A stretch of 27,470 nucleotides of DNA from a virus (Duplodnaviria; Caudoviricetes), in the IMG/VR virus record IMGVR_UViG_3300037457_000047, positions 1 to 27,470 of that record; one strand, written 5' to 3'. Shown here in pieces: positions 15,562-24,771 of this stretch. A program made the translations under genes and the position numbers. Position 1 is the stretch's first letter. Each line of letters opens with the position of its first letter. Under the pieces are notes generated by a model. The model ran no database searches and had not been told where the DNA came from. It saw only the letters and a program-made list of their open reading frames with translations.

Positions 15562-17542
15562 GATCGGCGAGGCGTTCCTGTCCGTGCGGGGGCAGCCGGA
15601 CATCCCCGGGATCAAGTCCGCCGGGCAGCGCGGCGGGTCCGTGTTCGCCGGAGCGTTCAAGGCGATCCTGTCCGCCCAGCTGGTGCAGCAGGGCCTGCGG
15701 GCGGTGCGGGACTTCGCGACCGACGTGATCGGCGCCGGCCGGGAAAACGTGCGGGTTGCGGCGATCACCGCGCAGGCGATCAAGACCACCGGCGGGGCTG
15801 CCGGGGTCACCGCCGGGCAGGTGGCCAAGCTGACCGCCAGCCTGTCCAAGACCAACGGTGTGGCACAGTCCACAATCCAGACCAGCTCCAATCTGCTGTT
15901 AACGTTCACCAACATCAAGAACACCGGACCGCACAAGATTTTCGACCGGGCCTCGGCTGCCATAGTGGACATGACCGCCGCACTGAACGACGGCGAGGTC
16001 AACACATCCACCCTGAAGTCCTCATCAATCCAGCTGGGTAAGGCGCTCAACGACCCGATCAAAGGCATCACTGCCCTATCCCGCGTCGGGGTTTCGTTCA
16101 CCGACCAGCAGAAGAAACAGATCGCGGCGATGGTCGAGGCCGGCGACACGGCCGGCGCTCAGACCCTGATCCTTAAGGAGCTGGAGAAGGAGTTCGGCGG
16201 TGCGGGCGCCGCCGCCGCGGACCCGGCGAAGAAGGCCGCCGCCGCGTGGGCGAACTTCAAGGGCACCCTGGGTGAGCTGGTGCTCCCGGCCATCAACGCC
16301 CTGTCGAGCGCCCTATCCGAGAAGGTCATGCCGGTCCTGGAGGGCAAGGTGCTGCCGGCCGTGAAGCGGTTCGGGCAGTTCGTGGCGGCCGAGGTGGTAC
16401 CGCGGGTGCGGGAGCTTGCGGCGGTGTGGCTGCCCCGTCTGCGGACCGTGCTGGCCGCGGTGGGCGATTTCATCGGCGGCACTGTCGTGCCCGGGCTGGC
16501 GAAGCTGGCCGGGTTCATATCCCGCAACAAGGACTTCTTCATCCCATTCGTGCAGATCCTTGGGGCGGCACTGATCGGCTTCAAGGCGTTCATGTTCATC
16601 CGGACCGTGATCGTCGCGATCTGGGCGTTCAACGTGGCGCTGGCGGCCAACCCGATCGGGCTGGTCGTGATCGCCATCGCGGCGCTGGTGGCCGCGTTGA
16701 TCTGGCTGTGGAAGAACAACGAAACCTTCCGGAAGATCGTGACCGCCGCGTGGAAGGGCGTCCAGGTGGTGGTGTCGGCGGTCGTCAAGTGGTTCGTGAA
16801 CACGGCGTGGCCGTTCCTGCAGAAGGTGTGGGACGGGATCCTCACCGGGGTGCGGGTACTGGTCCGGGCATGGAAGCTGCAGTGGAACATCGCGGTCGCG
16901 GTTGTCCGGGCGGTGTGGGGGTTCATCCAGGACCGGGTCCGTAACGGGGTTGCCAACATCACCGCCGTGGTGACCCGGATCCGGCAGATCGTCACCACCG
17001 TGCGGGCCGCGTTCAACGCGGCCCGGGCGGCCGTGGTCGACCGGGTCGGTGCGCTGGTGTCGTTCGTGCGTGGTGTCCCCGGCCGGATCGTCGGCGCGCT
17101 TGGCCGGTTGCGTAGCCGGCTGTTCGGCGCTGGGATGGACATCATCCGTGGGCTGATCGACGGGATCCGCAACATGATCGGCCGGGCGGCGCAGGCCGCC
17201 CGCGACGCGGTGTCCAGCGCGGTCAGCGCGGCCAAGAACTTCCTGGGGATCGGCTCCCCGTCCAAGGTGTTCGCCCAGTTGGGGATGGAGACGATGCGCG
17301 GCTACCAGCAGGGCGTCGGCCGGGAGGCCCGCCGCACCGCCGCCGCGGTGGAGTCCGGGCTGTCAGTACCGTCCACCGGGCTGCGTACCGGCACCAGCCG
17401 GCCGATGGATGAGGGCAGGATCGGCCGGGAGTTCGCCGCCATGCTCGGCCGGGCACTGGACGGTGCCCGGCTGGTCGTCGACGACCGCGGCCGCGGCCGC
17501 CTCGAAGCCCTCCAGGCCGGCTACTACCGGAGGGCGGGCTGA
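15551..17542 (+). CDS. Tape measure protein
   Basis: 663 aa, helical. QLGKALNDPIKGITALSRVGVSF, AANPIGLVVIAIAALVA, periodic aromatic repeats, LGIGSPSKVF. Confidence 0.95.
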   Translation: MATKIGEAFLSVRGQPDIPGIKSAGQRGGSVFAGAFKAILSAQLVQQGLRAVRDFATDVIGAGRENVRVAAITAQAIKTTGGAAGVTAGQVAKLTASLSKTNGVAQSTIQTSSNLLLTFTNIKNTGPHKIFDRASAAIVDMTAALNDGEVNTSTLKSSSIQLGKALNDPIKGITALSRVGVSFTDQQKKQIAAMVEAGDTAGAQTLILKELEKEFGGAGAAAADPAKKAAAAWANFKGTLGELVLPAINALSSALSEKVMPVLEGKVLPAVKRFGQFVAAEVVPRVRELAAVWLPRLRTVLAAVGDFIGGTVVPGLAKLAGFISRNKDFFIPFVQILGAALIGFKAFMFIRTVIVAIWAFNVALAANPIGLVVIAIAALVAALIWLWKNNETFRKIVTAAWKGVQVVVSAVVKWFVNTAWPFLQKVWDGILTGVRVLVRAWKLQWNIAVAVVRAVWGFIQDRVRNGVANITAVVTRIRQIVTTVRAAFNAARAAVVDRVGALVSFVRGVPGRIVGALGRLRSRLFGAGMDIIRGLIDGIRNMIGRAAQAARDAVSSAVSAAKNFLGIGSPSKVFAQLGMETMRGYQQGVGREARRTAAAVESGLSVPSTGLRTGTSRPMDEGRIGREFAAMLGRALDGARLVVDDRGRGRLEALQAGYYRRAG

Positions 17543-17545
17543 GCC

Positions 17546-18961
17546 ATGCTGATGCGGTTCGTGGATTCCATCACCGCCAACCCCACCGTCCGGCTGGACC
17601 TTCATGACCAGGACGTGTGGTGGGTGGCACCGGGCACCCGGCTCGACCCGCCACCACCCAAACGCGCCCGGGTCTCCACCCTGCTCGCCGACGGGGCCCA
17701 CTACCCGGCCACCGCCTACGACGACCGGCTGATCCAACTACGGCTGGTCCTGCAGGGGCTGACCGACAACGCCGCGGCAACGCAGATTCAGCGGCTGGCC
17801 CGGGAGCTGGACCGGGACGGAAACATCCTGCAATACCAGCCGCGGGCGGTCACCCACCCGGTGTTCTTCCGCACCCAGCGGCTGGGTCTGAGTGCGCTGA
17901 ACGCGTTCAGGGTGGAGACCGGGTACCGGATCGAGGCGGACATCCCCGCCGAGCCGTTCGCGTTCGGTGTAGAGCAGGACCTGGGCACGTTCACGATCGC
18001 CAACGACCCGGCGGCGGCGGTGGCCAACCCGACCCGGGTGGACATCGCCGGGGTGCTGGGCGACGTTGAGGCGCCGACCCTGGTCAAGAAGCAGGTGGCC
18101 GGCGCCGGCGGGCTGGTGGGACTGGCGGTGAACCTGTTCACGCTGCGGCGGCGGGGCGACCCGTCCGGGGTGCCCTACCTGCTGCAGGCCGAGGCGATGA
18201 CCCAGGGCACCGACACCACCACCCAGGCCAACGACGCCGCGTTCTCCGGGGGCAGCAACAACTGGTCGCGGTGCACGTTCGGCACGGCGACGCTGGCGAC
18301 CCGGCTCAGCCTGATGCAGTGGCCGGCGTCGCCGTCGGTGGATGCCCGCGGCACCTACCGGGTCTTCGCCCGGGTGCGTAAGACGGTCGGCACGGACACG
18401 ATCCGGGTGCAGCTGCGGGCCGGTGGTCCGGAGTCGGGTGGGGTGGCCGCGGTCACCCTGCCGACGGTGACCCTCCCGTTCACCACCACCCTGCATCTGA
18501 TCGACCTGGGGCTGGTGCAGATCCCGGTGGGTGTCCACGCCCGGTCCCGTGGCCCGTCCGGTGTGGAGATGGCGGCCGAGGGTACCCGGGTGGAGCTGTG
18601 GGCGTCCAGGCCGGCCGGCACCGGCAGCCTGGACGTCGACTACCTGCTGTGGGTGCCGGCCGATGACACGCTGGCGTTGACTGAGCTGACCGAGACGTGG
18701 AACGCCAGTGGCGACTCGGGGGTCGTGTTCGACTCCAGCCTGGACGGGCTGTATGCGCACCGGGACACCGGTGATGTGGTGGTGAACAACGGGGTCGGCC
18801 GGGTCTCTGGTCGGCTGCCGATGCTGTCACCCGGGGTCACCAACCGGCTGTACATCCTGGAGGGGGTCGGCCCGACCGTGGCCAACGACGTGGCCGTTTC
18901 CCAGGACTGGCAGATCAGCTACTGGCCGCGGTACCTGCACGTGAGGCCGCCGTCGACATGA
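17546..18961 (+). CDS. Minor tail protein (distal tail/Dit-like with inserted domain)
   Basis: First gene after the tape measure. AYDDRLIQL, AEPFAFG, LSPGVTNRL and YWPRY patterns. Confidence 0.75.
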   Translation: MLMRFVDSITANPTVRLDLHDQDVWWVAPGTRLDPPPPKRARVSTLLADGAHYPATAYDDRLIQLRLVLQGLTDNAAATQIQRLARELDRDGNILQYQPRAVTHPVFFRTQRLGLSALNAFRVETGYRIEADIPAEPFAFGVEQDLGTFTIANDPAAAVANPTRVDIAGVLGDVEAPTLVKKQVAGAGGLVGLAVNLFTLRRRGDPSGVPYLLQAEAMTQGTDTTTQANDAAFSGGSNNWSRCTFGTATLATRLSLMQWPASPSVDARGTYRVFARVRKTVGTDTIRVQLRAGGPESGGVAAVTLPTVTLPFTTTLHLIDLGLVQIPVGVHARSRGPSGVEMAAEGTRVELWASRPAGTGSLDVDYLLWVPADDTLALTELTETWNASGDSGVVFDSSLDGLYAHRDTGDVVVNNGVGRVSGRLPMLSPGVTNRLYILEGVGPTVANDVAVSQDWQISYWPRYLHVRPPST

Positions 18962-20565
18962 GCCTGACGATCCCGCTGAGCGTGTCGCTGGAGACCAGCC
19001 GGATGGTCACCCAGGTGACCCGGCAGGTGCGTGACCTGTCGTTCCGGTCAGCGATCCCCGGCGGGTTCGCCTCGGCGAACATCTCACTAGACCGGCCACT
19101 GAGCTTGCAGCCGGGTGAGATCGCCTACTACGGCCGGCTGCGGATCACCGACGGCCGGCACGGGGGGGTGGTGTGGGAGGGCCGGCTGGAGGACCCGGGC
19201 CGGTCGGCCGGCGTAGACGGGCAGGTGTGGGACCTGACCGCTATCGGCCCGGCCGGGCACGCCCGGGACATCACCGCACCGCTGGTCTACGCCTACCGGG
19301 ACCTGACGCACTGGCAGCGGACCGCGGCCACCAAGGCAGCGGGCCGGATCAGCGAGGACGAGCACACCGACGGCTCGCCGGCGCTGCTGCTGGGGGCGCT
19401 GTCGGGAACCTGGTCCAGCCCGGACTCCGTGCGGGCCACCAGCAAGTGGGTACAGCAGGCCGGCCAGCGGCTGGCCCGGGTCAACTGGCAGATGGTGGGC
19501 GGGGCCGGCTCCTCACAGTGGCTGATGGAGGGCCACGTGTGGCTGGGATTGGGGTCACCTGTCCTGGTCCGCCAGAACATTCTGACCGCCTTCGTCCAGG
19601 GCCTGTCGAACAAGCGGGTCACAACCGACTGGACCCACCCGAAGGACCGGCTTGAGCTTCGGCTGGCGGCCGACGCCGCTGGCCTGGCGGGAGGGGAGAC
19701 CCGGTGGGCGCGGTTCTGGGATCTGCGGGTGCGGACCATTCTGATGGACACGGCCGGATCGGAGATCACCACCGCGTCCTTCTACGCCACCGATGAGGTG
19801 CCGGTTGAGGACATCATCCGGGACCTGCTCGGCCGCCGGCTGCCCCAGTTCGACGGGCCGAACGCGGAGGTGGGTCAGCTCGGTGAGAGTCTGGACCAGC
19901 TGGCCTATCCGGACGGGGTCGACGCGGCCGGCGTACTGGAAGAGCTGATGGGCCTGTACCCGGACTGGTATTGGGCGGCGTGGGAGTCCGGGGCGGGTGG
20001 GCTGTACCGGTTCGAATGGGCGCAGTGGCCGGCCGAGGTCCGCTACGAGGCGGATCTCGGCGACGGGTATACGGCGGCCGGCTCGGCCGAGGGGCTGTAC
20101 AACGCGGTCAACGTCCGGTTCAGGGACCAGGGCGGGACCATCAGCATCTTCCGGTTCACCTCCACCGTTCCCGCGCTGGACGATGCCGGGCTGACCCGGG
20201 AGGCGACGCTGGACCTGGGCGAGGCCGGGTCGGCGGCGGCGGCGATCACGGCCGGGAACAACTTCCTGGCCGACCACCAGGCGCCGCCCAATGCTGGCAG
20301 GCTGACCGTGGCCCGGCCGGTCCGGGACCTGGTCGCCGGGCGGACCGTGGCCCCGTGGGAGATCCGCCCAGGTGCGCTGCTGCGGGTCCGTGGCATCCTG
20401 CCCCGCACCGATGCGCTGAACGCGACCGCCCGGGATGGTGTGGGTGTCTTCCGGGTGGTGGCGGTTGAGTTCCGGGCCTCGGATGCGGCCGTCACACTGG
20501 AGTTGGACTCGCCGGCCCCGTCGATCGCGCGGGCGGTGGCGGACCTGCAGGCCCAACGCAGATGA
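18958..20565 (+). CDS. Minor tail protein (baseplate hub/Tal-like)
   Basis: Second gene after the tape measure, ATGA overlap. PGGFASANISL, VVWEGRL, LYNAVNVRF. Confidence 0.75.
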   Translation: MSLTIPLSVSLETSRMVTQVTRQVRDLSFRSAIPGGFASANISLDRPLSLQPGEIAYYGRLRITDGRHGGVVWEGRLEDPGRSAGVDGQVWDLTAIGPAGHARDITAPLVYAYRDLTHWQRTAATKAAGRISEDEHTDGSPALLLGALSGTWSSPDSVRATSKWVQQAGQRLARVNWQMVGGAGSSQWLMEGHVWLGLGSPVLVRQNILTAFVQGLSNKRVTTDWTHPKDRLELRLAADAAGLAGGETRWARFWDLRVRTILMDTAGSEITTASFYATDEVPVEDIIRDLLGRRLPQFDGPNAEVGQLGESLDQLAYPDGVDAAGVLEELMGLYPDWYWAAWESGAGGLYRFEWAQWPAEVRYEADLGDGYTAAGSAEGLYNAVNVRFRDQGGTISIFRFTSTVPALDDAGLTREATLDLGEAGSAAAAITAGNNFLADHQAPPNAGRLTVARPVRDLVAGRTVAPWEIRPGALLRVRGILPRTDALNATARDGVGVFRVVAVEFRASDAAVTLELDSPAPSIARAVADLQAQRR

Positions 20566-20576
20566 GGGGGTGAGCG

Positions 20577-21470
20577 ATGCGTGCTCTGTGGTTGGCCGAC
20601 GTGCTCCGCGCCGGCGGGCTGGCCGTGGTGGAGCATTCCGGCTGGCAGACCCGTGGGTTCGAGCCGTGGGCACCGCAGTACGGGATCGTCCACGCCACCG
20701 CCGCGCCACGCACCCAGGCCGATGAGGATCAGGTGCGGATCGTCCGCGACGGCCACTCCACCCTGGCCGGGCCGATCGCCAACTGCTGCGTCGACCGGAC
20801 GGGCCGGTGGCATGTGCTCGCGTCGGGCCGGTGCAACACCGCCCTGACCGGCTGGGCCGGCCCGGCCGCCGGGCTCGGCAACACGAACCTGCTCGGTATC
20901 GAGGCGTGTAACGATAACCGGACCGAGCCGTGGCCGGCTGTGCAGTACGAGGCGTACGCGCGCGGCTGGGCGGCGATCTGCGCCCGGATGGGCTGGACGG
21001 CTGGCCGGCTGGTCGGACACAAGGAGCACCAGCCCGGAGACAAGAGCGACCCGACGTTTCCGATGGACCGGTTCCGCGACTTGGTCGCCGCATTGCTACA
21101 GGAGGATGACGTGGAAGCACGTGAGGTGTGGGTGGAGCGGCTGGCGCCGGACGCGACGGTACTGCGGGCGTACCCGGGCATCCGCGACGATGGATACCTG
21201 GCCCAGACCTGGGTGCAGTACGCCTACCGGTGGGCGCGCCGGGCCGCGGACCGGGCGGCCGAGCTGGCAGCCGGGCAGGCAGCCATCCTCGCCGCGGTCG
21301 CCGGCCAGGACGTGGTCGCCGCAGTACGTAGCGAGCTGGACCGGCACCGGGCCGAGCTGCTGGCGCAGGTCCGCGCGGACCTGGTTGAGGTTCTGGACCA
21401 GCGGGCGGAGCTGGGCGCCGACGCGGTGGTTGACGAGCTCGCCCGCCGGCTGGCCCCGGCGCCGGCCTGA
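20577..21470 (+). CDS. Endolysin, N-acetylmuramoyl-L-alanine amidase (Amidase_2-like) with helical C-terminal domain
   Basis: WLADVLRAGGL, VHATA, LGIEACND, VGHKEH, KSDP. Confidence 0.88.
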   Translation: MRALWLADVLRAGGLAVVEHSGWQTRGFEPWAPQYGIVHATAAPRTQADEDQVRIVRDGHSTLAGPIANCCVDRTGRWHVLASGRCNTALTGWAGPAAGLGNTNLLGIEACNDNRTEPWPAVQYEAYARGWAAICARMGWTAGRLVGHKEHQPGDKSDPTFPMDRFRDLVAALLQEDDVEAREVWVERLAPDATVLRAYPGIRDDGYLAQTWVQYAYRWARRAADRAAELAAGQAAILAAVAGQDVVAAVRSELDRHRAELLAQVRADLVEVLDQRAELGADAVVDELARRLAPAPA

Positions 21471-21488
21471 TGCAACGAGGGGGCAGCC

Positions 21489-21830
21489 ATGAGCGCGGCT
21501 GACGACGACTACCAGCGGGGCCTGGCCGCCGGGGGGATCGCCGAGCGGCTGGACTCGCATGACCGCCATTTCGCATCCATAAATGGCTCGCTGGAGAAGA
21601 TCAGCAAGGAGATGCAGACGATGGCGCTGGCCGTGCAGCGCATGGCCGATCAGGCGGTCGCCCGCGACGCTACGGTGATCACGACCGCTGCGGCGCTGGA
21701 GAAGGCTGACGCGGCGCGCCGCGCCCGTAGCGATCAGAGCTGGTCGCCGATCGCGAAGCTGGTCACCGTTCTCGGCACCCTGGCGACGGTCGCCGGGGCA
21801 GTGGTCGCCGTGATCCTTTTGCAGAGATGA
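21489..21830 (+). CDS. Coiled-coil membrane protein with one C-terminal TM helix (lysis accessory/holin-like)
   Basis: RLDSHDRHFASINGSLEKI coiled coil followed by a hydrophobic C-terminus; directly after the endolysin. Confidence 0.65.
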   Translation: MSAADDDYQRGLAAGGIAERLDSHDRHFASINGSLEKISKEMQTMALAVQRMADQAVARDATVITTAAALEKADAARRARSDQSWSPIAKLVTVLGTLATVAGAVVAVILLQR

Positions 21831-21914
21831 GATGCAGGGCACCGGATGCGCTGGCGGCGAACCCTGCCGGAGCCGCCGAGCCTCAGGTGCGGCTGAACGG
21901 GAAGGATAGGGGAG

Positions 21915-22364
21915 ATGTGGCTGCTGCGGGGTGCCACTCGTACCGTGCTGGTCACAGGCCGGTACGCGGTCAAAGTGCCCTCACTGCGCGCCTACTCGGG
22001 CGGTATGCGGACCCGGCTGTGGTCGCTGGCCCGTGGCTACCTCGGCAACCACTCGGAGGCCGAATGGTCCGGCATTGGCCAATGGGAGGGCCAGCCACTA
22101 TGTCCGGTGCTCCAGTCCTGGCTGTGGGGCTTAGTCCAGGTGTACCCGCGCTGCCAACCGCTGCCGCTGGACAAGTCCGGTGAATACAATGGCGAGCTTG
22201 GCCCACTACCCAAGCTGAACCCGGACCCGGGCGATGGCAAGCTGTCTAACTACGGGGTGCTCGATGGCCGCATCGTGCGCGTGGACTACGACATGGCCTT
22301 CAACGCTTGCCCTCATGACCGGTCCGGCTTCCGGAACCGCCGCGATGAAGGTCCGCTGAGCTGA
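21915..22364 (+). CDS. Minimal protein-kinase-like protein
   Basis: GATRTV loop, YAVKVP lysine, NHSE glutamate, DGKLSNYG (DxKxxN) and RVDY (DFG-like) appear in the canonical order. Confidence 0.6.
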   Translation: MWLLRGATRTVLVTGRYAVKVPSLRAYSGGMRTRLWSLARGYLGNHSEAEWSGIGQWEGQPLCPVLQSWLWGLVQVYPRCQPLPLDKSGEYNGELGPLPKLNPDPGDGKLSNYGVLDGRIVRVDYDMAFNACPHDRSGFRNRRDEGPLS

Positions 22365-22381
22365 GCGAGGGGGATGGGGAC

Positions 22382-22621
22382 GTGACACCAGTCAAGGAGC
22401 AGGTGAAGGCGATCACCGGTGGGGTGCTCGCCGGGCTGGGCACGCTGGGCGGGGCGCTGGCCGATGGTGCCGTGAGCCCGCTGGAGTGGGTGGCGGTGGC
22501 GATCGCGGCGGTTGTGACGTACGGCGCCGTGTTCGGGGTGGGTCAGCCGGCGCCGTTGCCTCACCTGACCGCGGCGGAGCACCGCCGGCTGGCCGACCAG
22601 CAGGAAGCGGCGCAGCGGTGA
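22382..22621 (+). CDS. Putative holin
   Basis: 79 aa, two hydrophobic helices with a DGAVSPLEW linker, near the endolysin. Confidence 0.7.
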   Translation: MTPVKEQVKAITGGVLAGLGTLGGALADGAVSPLEWVAVAIAAVVTYGAVFGVGQPAPLPHLTAAEHRRLADQQEAAQR

Positions 22622-22863
22622 GCCAGACCAGAGCCTGCTGTAGCCCGCAGGCGTGGGCGCCGCTGCTGACCCATCTCGGTGAGCAGTTGGAGGCTCACGC
22701 GGATCGGGACGGCCTGACCGAGGTCAAGCGGGCGGTGTTCCTGGCCCGCGGCGGTCATGCACCCGGTGACCGGTGCCCGACCGAGCCGGTCACAGTTCCG
22801 GACCCTCACGCCTACTGGTGCGGGGAACCGTACGAGCCGTGCCGCTGCGGGGTGTCGGACTGA
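22618..22863 (+). CDS. Hypothetical Cys-containing protein
   Basis: GTGA overlap with the holin; 81 aa. Confidence 0.45.
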   Translation: MSQTRACCSPQAWAPLLTHLGEQLEAHADRDGLTEVKRAVFLARGGHAPGDRCPTEPVTVPDPHAYWCGEPYEPCRCGVSD

Positions 22864-22894
22864 TGGCCCCGGGTGTGCAGTTGGAGCCGGCCCG

Positions 22895-23128
22895 GTGAGC
22901 GCGGCCACCCGTTGGCGAATCGCGTTCCTAGGCCTCACCGGGCTGGTCATCGGCATGGAGATCCTCGCCGCGTGCGACAGCTCGGCTTCGACCGAACCGT
23001 GGACCACGCTCGTGGTGCGGCACATCCCCGGCGAGGTGACCGCCGCGCTGATCGGCGCGCTCAGCCTGTGGCTGGTGGTGCATTTCTGGCTGGCCTACCG
23101 GCGTCGGCACCGCGCAGCCGCGCGATAA
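22895..23128 (+). CDS. Small two-TM membrane protein
   Basis: GTG after GGAG. Two hydrophobic segments and a basic C-terminus. Confidence 0.6.
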   Translation: MSAATRWRIAFLGLTGLVIGMEILAACDSSASTEPWTTLVVRHIPGEVTAALIGALSLWLVVHFWLAYRRRHRAAAR

Positions 23129-23151
23129 TGGAACCAAGCGGAGGAGGAACC

Positions 23152-23319
23152 ATGCGGATCAAGATCATTGCGGCGGTGGCGGCAGGACTGCTCGCCGCGG
23201 CCGGACTCGCGGCACCAGCCGGCGCCAACCCCGGACCGGGACAGAGCCACAGCTGCGCACCAGGCCAGCACGGCAACGGAGACCCGGCGTTCAAGCCGCC
23301 GGCGTGCGAGAAGCCGTAG
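23152..23319 (+). CDS. Small secreted peptide precursor (55 aa)
   Basis: GGAGGAGG RBS at 23140-23147. Sec-type signal MRIKIIAAVAAGLLAAAGLAAPAGA, then a 30-aa peptide with two Cys. Confidence 0.7.
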   Translation: MRIKIIAAVAAGLLAAAGLAAPAGANPGPGQSHSCAPGQHGNGDPAFKPPACEKP

Positions 23320-23328
23320 GCAACGGCG

Positions 23329-23363
23329 AAAGCCCCCCTCACCGAGCTGGCGAGGGGGGCTTT
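23329..23363. terminator. Likely bidirectional intrinsic terminator
   Basis: AAAGCCCCCCTC / GAGGGGGGCTTT 12-bp inverted repeat between convergent genes. Confidence 0.8.
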
Positions 23364-23965
23364 GCACTTCCGGCATGCTTCCGGGACCTGCGCCGTGACT
23401 TCGCGCGCAGACAAGGCAGGCATCGCCGCCAAGTACCATCCGGGCCGTAAAGCTGGATGTTCGCGCCTTCGAGCAGGTGCCCCTGCTTGCAGTGTGTCTT
23501 GTAGCGGTTGTTGTGGTGGGTCCGGCCTCGGACGATGTTGGCTGCGTTGGGGCCGGGGCGGATGTGTGCCGGGTTGCAGCACAGCCGGTGTGGACATCCC
23601 TTACGACCTTGGCACTGGTCTGGCTTGTGGCAGATGTGGTCGCTGTAGTCCTCGCTGGCGAGAGGCCCGACCAGCAGTTCGTAGGCGAACCGGTGAGCAA
23701 ACTTGCGGCGCCGCTTGCCGCCATCGGTCCATGCGAACATGCCGTAGCCGGCCCGGTCCTGCCAGCCTTTCCAGGGCCAGCATTCGTCGGGGCCACGCCG
23801 GTCCACGAAGAACCAGAAGCGTTCCTCAAGGGGCGCCCACCGACCCAGGAACTTGATAGTGTTGGGGTCGCCCCACTTCCGCCAGTTCCTGTAGTGGCGT
23901 CCGCACCAGCCTCTGGCGTCTTTCGGGCCAACCTCACGGCCGCAGTCCGGGACTGAACAGTTCAC
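23339..23965 (-). CDS. Free-standing HNH endonuclease
   Basis: CSVPDC..ARGWCGRHY, ECWPWKG, AHRFAYELLVG, DHIC...LCCNPAH, KTHCKQGH, RRCLPC. A -10-like TATGCT lies 6 nt before the GTG. Confidence 0.88.
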   Translation of the reverse strand: MNCSVPDCGREVGPKDARGWCGRHYRNWRKWGDPNTIKFLGRWAPLEERFWFFVDRRGPDECWPWKGWQDRAGYGMFAWTDGGKRRRKFAHRFAYELLVGPLASEDYSDHICHKPDQCQGRKGCPHRLCCNPAHIRPGPNAANIVRGRTHHNNRYKTHCKQGHLLEGANIQLYGPDGTWRRCLPCLRAKSRRRSRKHAGSAKPPSPAR

Positions 23966-24070
23966 ACCAAAAGCATACAGGTCAGCACGCGGGCAACACG
24001 AACGGCCGTAGGCGTGCGAACTATGGCATAACTGGCTGCGCTGGCGGAGCGCGGCGGGTGGCGGGTGAGT

Positions 24071-24107
24071 GGGAGCCCTCCCGGACTTGTGGCCCGGGAG
24101 GGCTCCC
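24071..24107 (-). terminator. Stem-loop downstream of the leftward membrane protein gene
   Basis: 14-bp perfect inverted repeat GGGAGCCCTCCCGG / CCGGGAGGGCTCCC. Confidence 0.65.
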
Positions 24108-24124
24108 CTCCGTCATGCCCGGGG

Positions 24125-24682
24125 TCAGAGCTCCGACACGTCGGTGATCTCCACACCCAGCTCCACGTCGGAGGCCGTGCTGACGGACTCCATCTCCTCC
24201 GTTGAGTACTGGTCGCCGGTCACGGTCAGTGTGTTGATGTACGAGCTCTCGCCGCCGCTGATCTCGTAGGTCACCTCGTATGTGATCGCCGGGTCGAGGT
24301 CGCCGCCGGTGTGGACGTAGGCCAGCTCGATCCGGAAGTCGATCAGGCAGCCGGCCGAGCCAAAGCATTCCTTCGACAGGGTCTTCACCGTCAGCTCGAA
24401 GTCCTCGGCGTCCGGCTCGTGGTACACCGCGTCGGGTTCGTCGGCCGGCTCGCCGTCGCCGACCGGCTCGGCAGTCTCCGGCCGGATGTCGCGGCCGGGA
24501 TCGTCCAAGTCGGTGCCGGCGACGCCGACCACGGCGAGGATTCCGACGCCGATGCAGCACAGGGCAACCAGGGTGATGCTGATCGCGATCAGCCAGGTGG
24601 GGGCGGTGAGCTTGTGTTTGGGCGCCTTGACCGGTGGCTGGCCGTGGGTCGGCTGCGGGTCGGGTTGCGGCTGGTAGGTCAT
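24125..24682 (-). CDS. Single-pass membrane protein with an acidic extracytoplasmic domain (CFGSAGC motif)
   Basis: Pro/Gln-rich N-terminus, one TM helix, beta-rich acidic domain. True start is ATG 24682 rather than 25687. Confidence 0.8.
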   Translation of the reverse strand: MTYQPQPDPQPTHGQPPVKAPKHKLTAPTWLIAISITLVALCCIGVGILAVVGVAGTDLDDPGRDIRPETAEPVGDGEPADEPDAVYHEPDAEDFELTVKTLSKECFGSAGCLIDFRIELAYVHTGGDLDPAITYEVTYEISGGESSYINTLTVTGDQYSTEEMESVSTASDVELGVEITDVSEL

Positions 24683-24771
24683 GGGATCCTGCTCTCTGGT
24701 CGGGTGGTGGGTCTGCTCCGCCACTCGGCCCCCGCCCGCCGGAGCGGGTGAGGACCGGGCAGCGCTCAGGC

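Noticed and set aside
23152-23319. Canonical arbitrium aimP
   Set aside because: No adjacent AimR-like TPR regulator, and the predicted mature peptide is longer and Cys-containing. Kept only as an unknown secreted peptide.
4700-23987. Shared 10-mer TGCTGACCTG upstream of two -10 elements (4700-4709 +, 23978-23987 -)
   Set aside because: Only two copies, with different spacing to the -10; this could be chance.
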